From the NCBI GenBank assembly GCA_964463845.1, contig CAYXDT010000005.1, forward strand, positions 23,559 to 87,558: DNA of 64,000 bases. Reading direction: 5' to 3'. The DNA comes from an uncultured Candidatus Planktophila sp. (GTDB lineage Bacteria; Actinomycetota; Actinomycetes; Nanopelagicales; Nanopelagicaceae). The translations under genes and the position numbers were made by a program. The notes below the pieces were generated by a model that did not search any database, was not told the DNA's origin, and saw only the letters and a program-made list of their open reading frames with translations. Every line of letters starts with the position of its first letter. Position 1 is the stretch's first letter. Below are positions 61,605-64,000 of this stretch, one piece after another.

Positions 61605-62156
61605 CTATGAATACATGTGCTTTGCGAGCACACCGATAAAGGAGAGATTGCGATACTTTTCATCAAAATCGAGTCCATAGCCAACGACAAATTCCGTTGG
61701 GATATCAAAGCCAACGTATTTAACATTTACCTCAACTTTGGCTGCTTCTGGCTTTCTTAAGATAGTAAGAATCTCTACAGTTGCAGCTCCTCGTGAGAGA
61801 AGATTTGAGGTAAGCCAAGAGAGAGTTAATCCAGTATCGACAATATCTTCCACAATCAAAACATGTCGCCCCGTGATATCGCGATCTAAATCTTTCAAGA
61901 TACGTACAACGCCACTTGATTTAGTGCCAGAACCATAGGAAGAGACAGCCATCCAATCCATCTCAATATGTATCTGCAGGGCACGCGTTAAATCAGCCAT
62001 CGCCATGATGGCACCTTTAAGGACTCCAACGAGCAAGACGTTCTTATCTTTGTAATCGGCATCTACTTGTGCGGCTAACTCTGCGATACGTGACTGTAAC
62101 TCTGCCTCAGTGGCGATTACCTTTTCTATATCGTTTCCGACTGCTGCGAGATCCAC
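61605..62156 (-). CDS. hpt: Hypoxanthine phosphoribosyltransferase
   Basis: GVLKGA, VSSYGSGT, LIVEDIVDTGLTL, FVVGYGLD. Confidence 0.97.
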   Translation of the reverse strand: MDLAAVGNDIEKVIATEAELQSRIAELAAQVDADYKDKNVLLVGVLKGAIMAMADLTRALQIHIEMDWMAVSSYGSGTKSSGVVRILKDLDRDITGRHVLIVEDIVDTGLTLSWLTSNLLSRGAATVEILTILRKPEAAKVEVNVKYVGFDIPTEFVVGYGLDFDEKYRNLSFIGVLAKHMYS

Positions 62157-62210
62157 CGATGTGCTCCTTGCTTGAGATAGCTAGTAATGGCTAGAGGCGA
62201 GTAGGGATGG

Positions 62211-63176
62211 CTAGGGATGTAGGGCCAAGAGCGAAAGTCTGCCCGAAATTCGCTCAACCTTCACACCACCTGGAAGGCTGAGCGCCCCTTGGCCGTGCCA
62301 ATTTGTGACCAGCGCCTCTACCGCTGCCACATGATCGGCTGTGATTGAGCCCGCGGGGGCCCCTGCAGCGTAGATAGCGCTCTTTAGAACCCGGGTGCGC
62401 AAGGCGCGTGGCATCTCTAGTAACTGCTGACAATCTAGATTCGCTAAGTCAGATTTATTAACTGCAGCTAGAGCCATCGCATCAAGAGCGTCAGCATCAT
62501 CTCTTAGTAAATCTGCACTTCGGGCTAAAGCCTTTCTGATGCCTGGTCCTAGCTTCTCTTCCATGAGCGGTAGAACTTCGCGGCGAACACGCACTCGAGA
62601 GAATTCAGAGTTGAAATTATGTGGATCATCCCAGTAATTTAATTTCGCACTCTTACAGGCTTCTTCAATCTCACTTCGAGTTAAATGCAAAAATGGACGG
62701 GAGTAAATTCCACTCTCATCTGCCATTCCAGAAAGTGACCTAGCACCAGAACCGCGAGCTAGACCTAATAAAACAGTCTCTGCTTGATCATCGAGGGTAT
62801 GTCCTAAGAAGACTTTCCGAACCCGCTCTTTTTCAGCGCACGCACCAAGAGCTTTATAGCGTGCGTCGCGAGCGCCAGCTTCGATGCCGCCGGAAGCAAC
62901 GACCACAACTTTCTCAATAAAAACTTTGCCATAACCCATCCCCTTTAACTGTTCTGCTACTCTCGTCGCTTGAACTCCAGAATTTTCTTGTAACTGATGA
63001 TCAATAGTGATGGCAACCAAGGAAATCGCCAGAGGAGGAGCCTCTTTTTGGAGCGCATATGCCAGCGCCAATGAATCTGCACCACCTGAAACTGCTACTA
63101 AGACGCAATCGCCTGCTTCCAGCTTTTCAAGGTGAATCTTTACAGCGTTGCGTATTGCAACGAGCGCCTCTGTCAT
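62211..63176 (-). CDS. tilS: tRNA(Ile)-lysidine synthetase
   Basis: VAVSGGADSLAL, EAGARDARY, GHTLDDQAETVLLGLARGSG. Confidence 0.97.
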   Translation of the reverse strand: MTEALVAIRNAVKIHLEKLEAGDCVLVAVSGGADSLALAYALQKEAPPLAISLVAITIDHQLQENSGVQATRVAEQLKGMGYGKVFIEKVVVVASGGIEAGARDARYKALGACAEKERVRKVFLGHTLDDQAETVLLGLARGSGARSLSGMADESGIYSRPFLHLTRSEIEEACKSAKLNYWDDPHNFNSEFSRVRVRREVLPLMEEKLGPGIRKALARSADLLRDDADALDAMALAAVNKSDLANLDCQQLLEMPRALRTRVLKSAIYAAGAPAGSITADHVAAVEALVTNWHGQGALSLPGGVKVERISGRLSLLALHP

Positions 63177-63185
63177 GAGTGAAGG

Positions 63186-64000
63186 TTAGACCCGACCACC
63201 AAATGGCATAAGCCCCTTAATGCTATGGATTTTTGAGTAAAGCAGTCCGCGGCCCTTTGAATTAGCCTCCCACATCATTCCGCCACCGGCGTAGATGGTT
63301 ATGTGGTGAATAGTGGAGATATTCCCTTTGTAAGAGTAGAAGAGTAAATCTCCTGGAACCAACTGAGTTAGCGGAACATGGAAGGTATAACCAGCATAAA
63401 GGGCTGAGTTTAGGCGATCCCAATTAGGCCAACCGAGTCCAGCAGATCGATATGCGGCATAGACAAGTCCCGAGCAATCAAATGAATTTGGCCCTTCGTC
63501 ACCCCAGACATATGGCTTGCGAGCTTCCACCTGTCTCTTAGCAAAAGCAACAGCTTTTAGTCGCTGCGCTTCATTCGTTCTAATTGTGGATCGTCCCTTA
63601 AATCCTCTATCTGGCCAGACCTTCGCCTGATTGATAACGGTCGCCGCTGTTGCTGCCTGGCTCTCTTCCAGTAAAGCTAGTTGGCGCTGCTGTTCGAGAG
63701 TAACGCGCACATTTCTCAATTTTGCTAAATCTTTAATCAATTTATCTTGGACAGCGCGAAGTTTATTTACCTCTTTTTGTTGGAGTGCTTGCGCATCATC
63801 GGCAACCTTCTTGGCCGCAGCAACTTTTGCAGTAGCGGCCTCTTGCACAACCTTTGCCTCATCTGCCTTTGCCTTTGCAGCGCGCGCCACAACTTCTGCC
63901 GCCTTGTAACGCTCAAGCGCTGTGGCGTTACGCGTTCCTAAGGTATCGAGCGTTGTTATTTGATCAATCAAATCCTGTGGTCCATTGGCACTTAATAGCG
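63186..64000 (-). CDS. NlpC/P60 peptidoglycan endopeptidase with coiled coil, 5' partial
   Basis: Frame open to the window edge; Ala/Lys/Glu coiled coil; PYVWGDEGPNSFDCSGLV, HHITIYAGGG catalytic motifs. Confidence 0.9.
   Translation of the reverse strand, partial: LLSANGPQDLIDQITTLDTLGTRNATALERYKAAEVVARAAKAKADEAKVVQEAATAKVAAAKKVADDAQALQQKEVNKLRAVQDKLIKDLAKLRNVRVTLEQQRQLALLEESQAATAATVINQAKVWPDRGFKGRSTIRTNEAQRLKAVAFAKRQVEARKPYVWGDEGPNSFDCSGLVYAAYRSAGLGWPNWDRLNSALYAGYTFHVPLTQLVPGDLLFYSYKGNISTIHHITIYAGGGMMWEANSKGRGLLYSKIHSIKGLMPFGGRV

Noticed and set aside
62180-62226. Short ggctag/agggatg repeats around the tilS stop
   Set aside because: 7-10 nt imperfect repeats, compatible with chance or local slippage.

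Overview
Gene-dense, ~48% GC core-genome window from a streamlined actinobacterium. Gene order, protein content and GC suggest a freshwater acI / Ca. Planktophila-like organism; this is inference, no search was run. Contents in order: end of a sugar ABC operon, a polar amino acid ABC operon, tRNA-Tyr, yajQ, rarD, polyprenyl synthase plus complete nuoA-N, menaquinone genes (menG, F, D, C, B, E, A) with bioY, cytochrome c maturation system II (resA-like, ccdA, resB, ccsB), a HAD hydrolase, an operon of a p52-like/WYL protein, an M20 peptidase and XPB helicase, a glutaredoxin, two uncharacterised secreted proteins, proC, radA, a GlcD-like oxidase, clpC, argA, lysS, coaX, nadC, nadB, panC, folK/B/P/E, ftsH, hpt, tilS and a partial NlpC/P60 gene. 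No CRISPR array, IS, integrase or rRNA was seen. Best leads: menA appears to start at a non-canonical ATT codon behind a GGAGG SD; a Tfb2/p52-like+WYL protein is coupled to XPB; a secreted metzincin-FN3-propeller protein faces a second secreted propeller; an RBS-masking hairpin sits before panC; the usual hem/rex cluster is missing, with a 25-bp tandem duplication at an apparent junction; and a SigH/SigR-type promoter with an internal palindrome precedes clpC.
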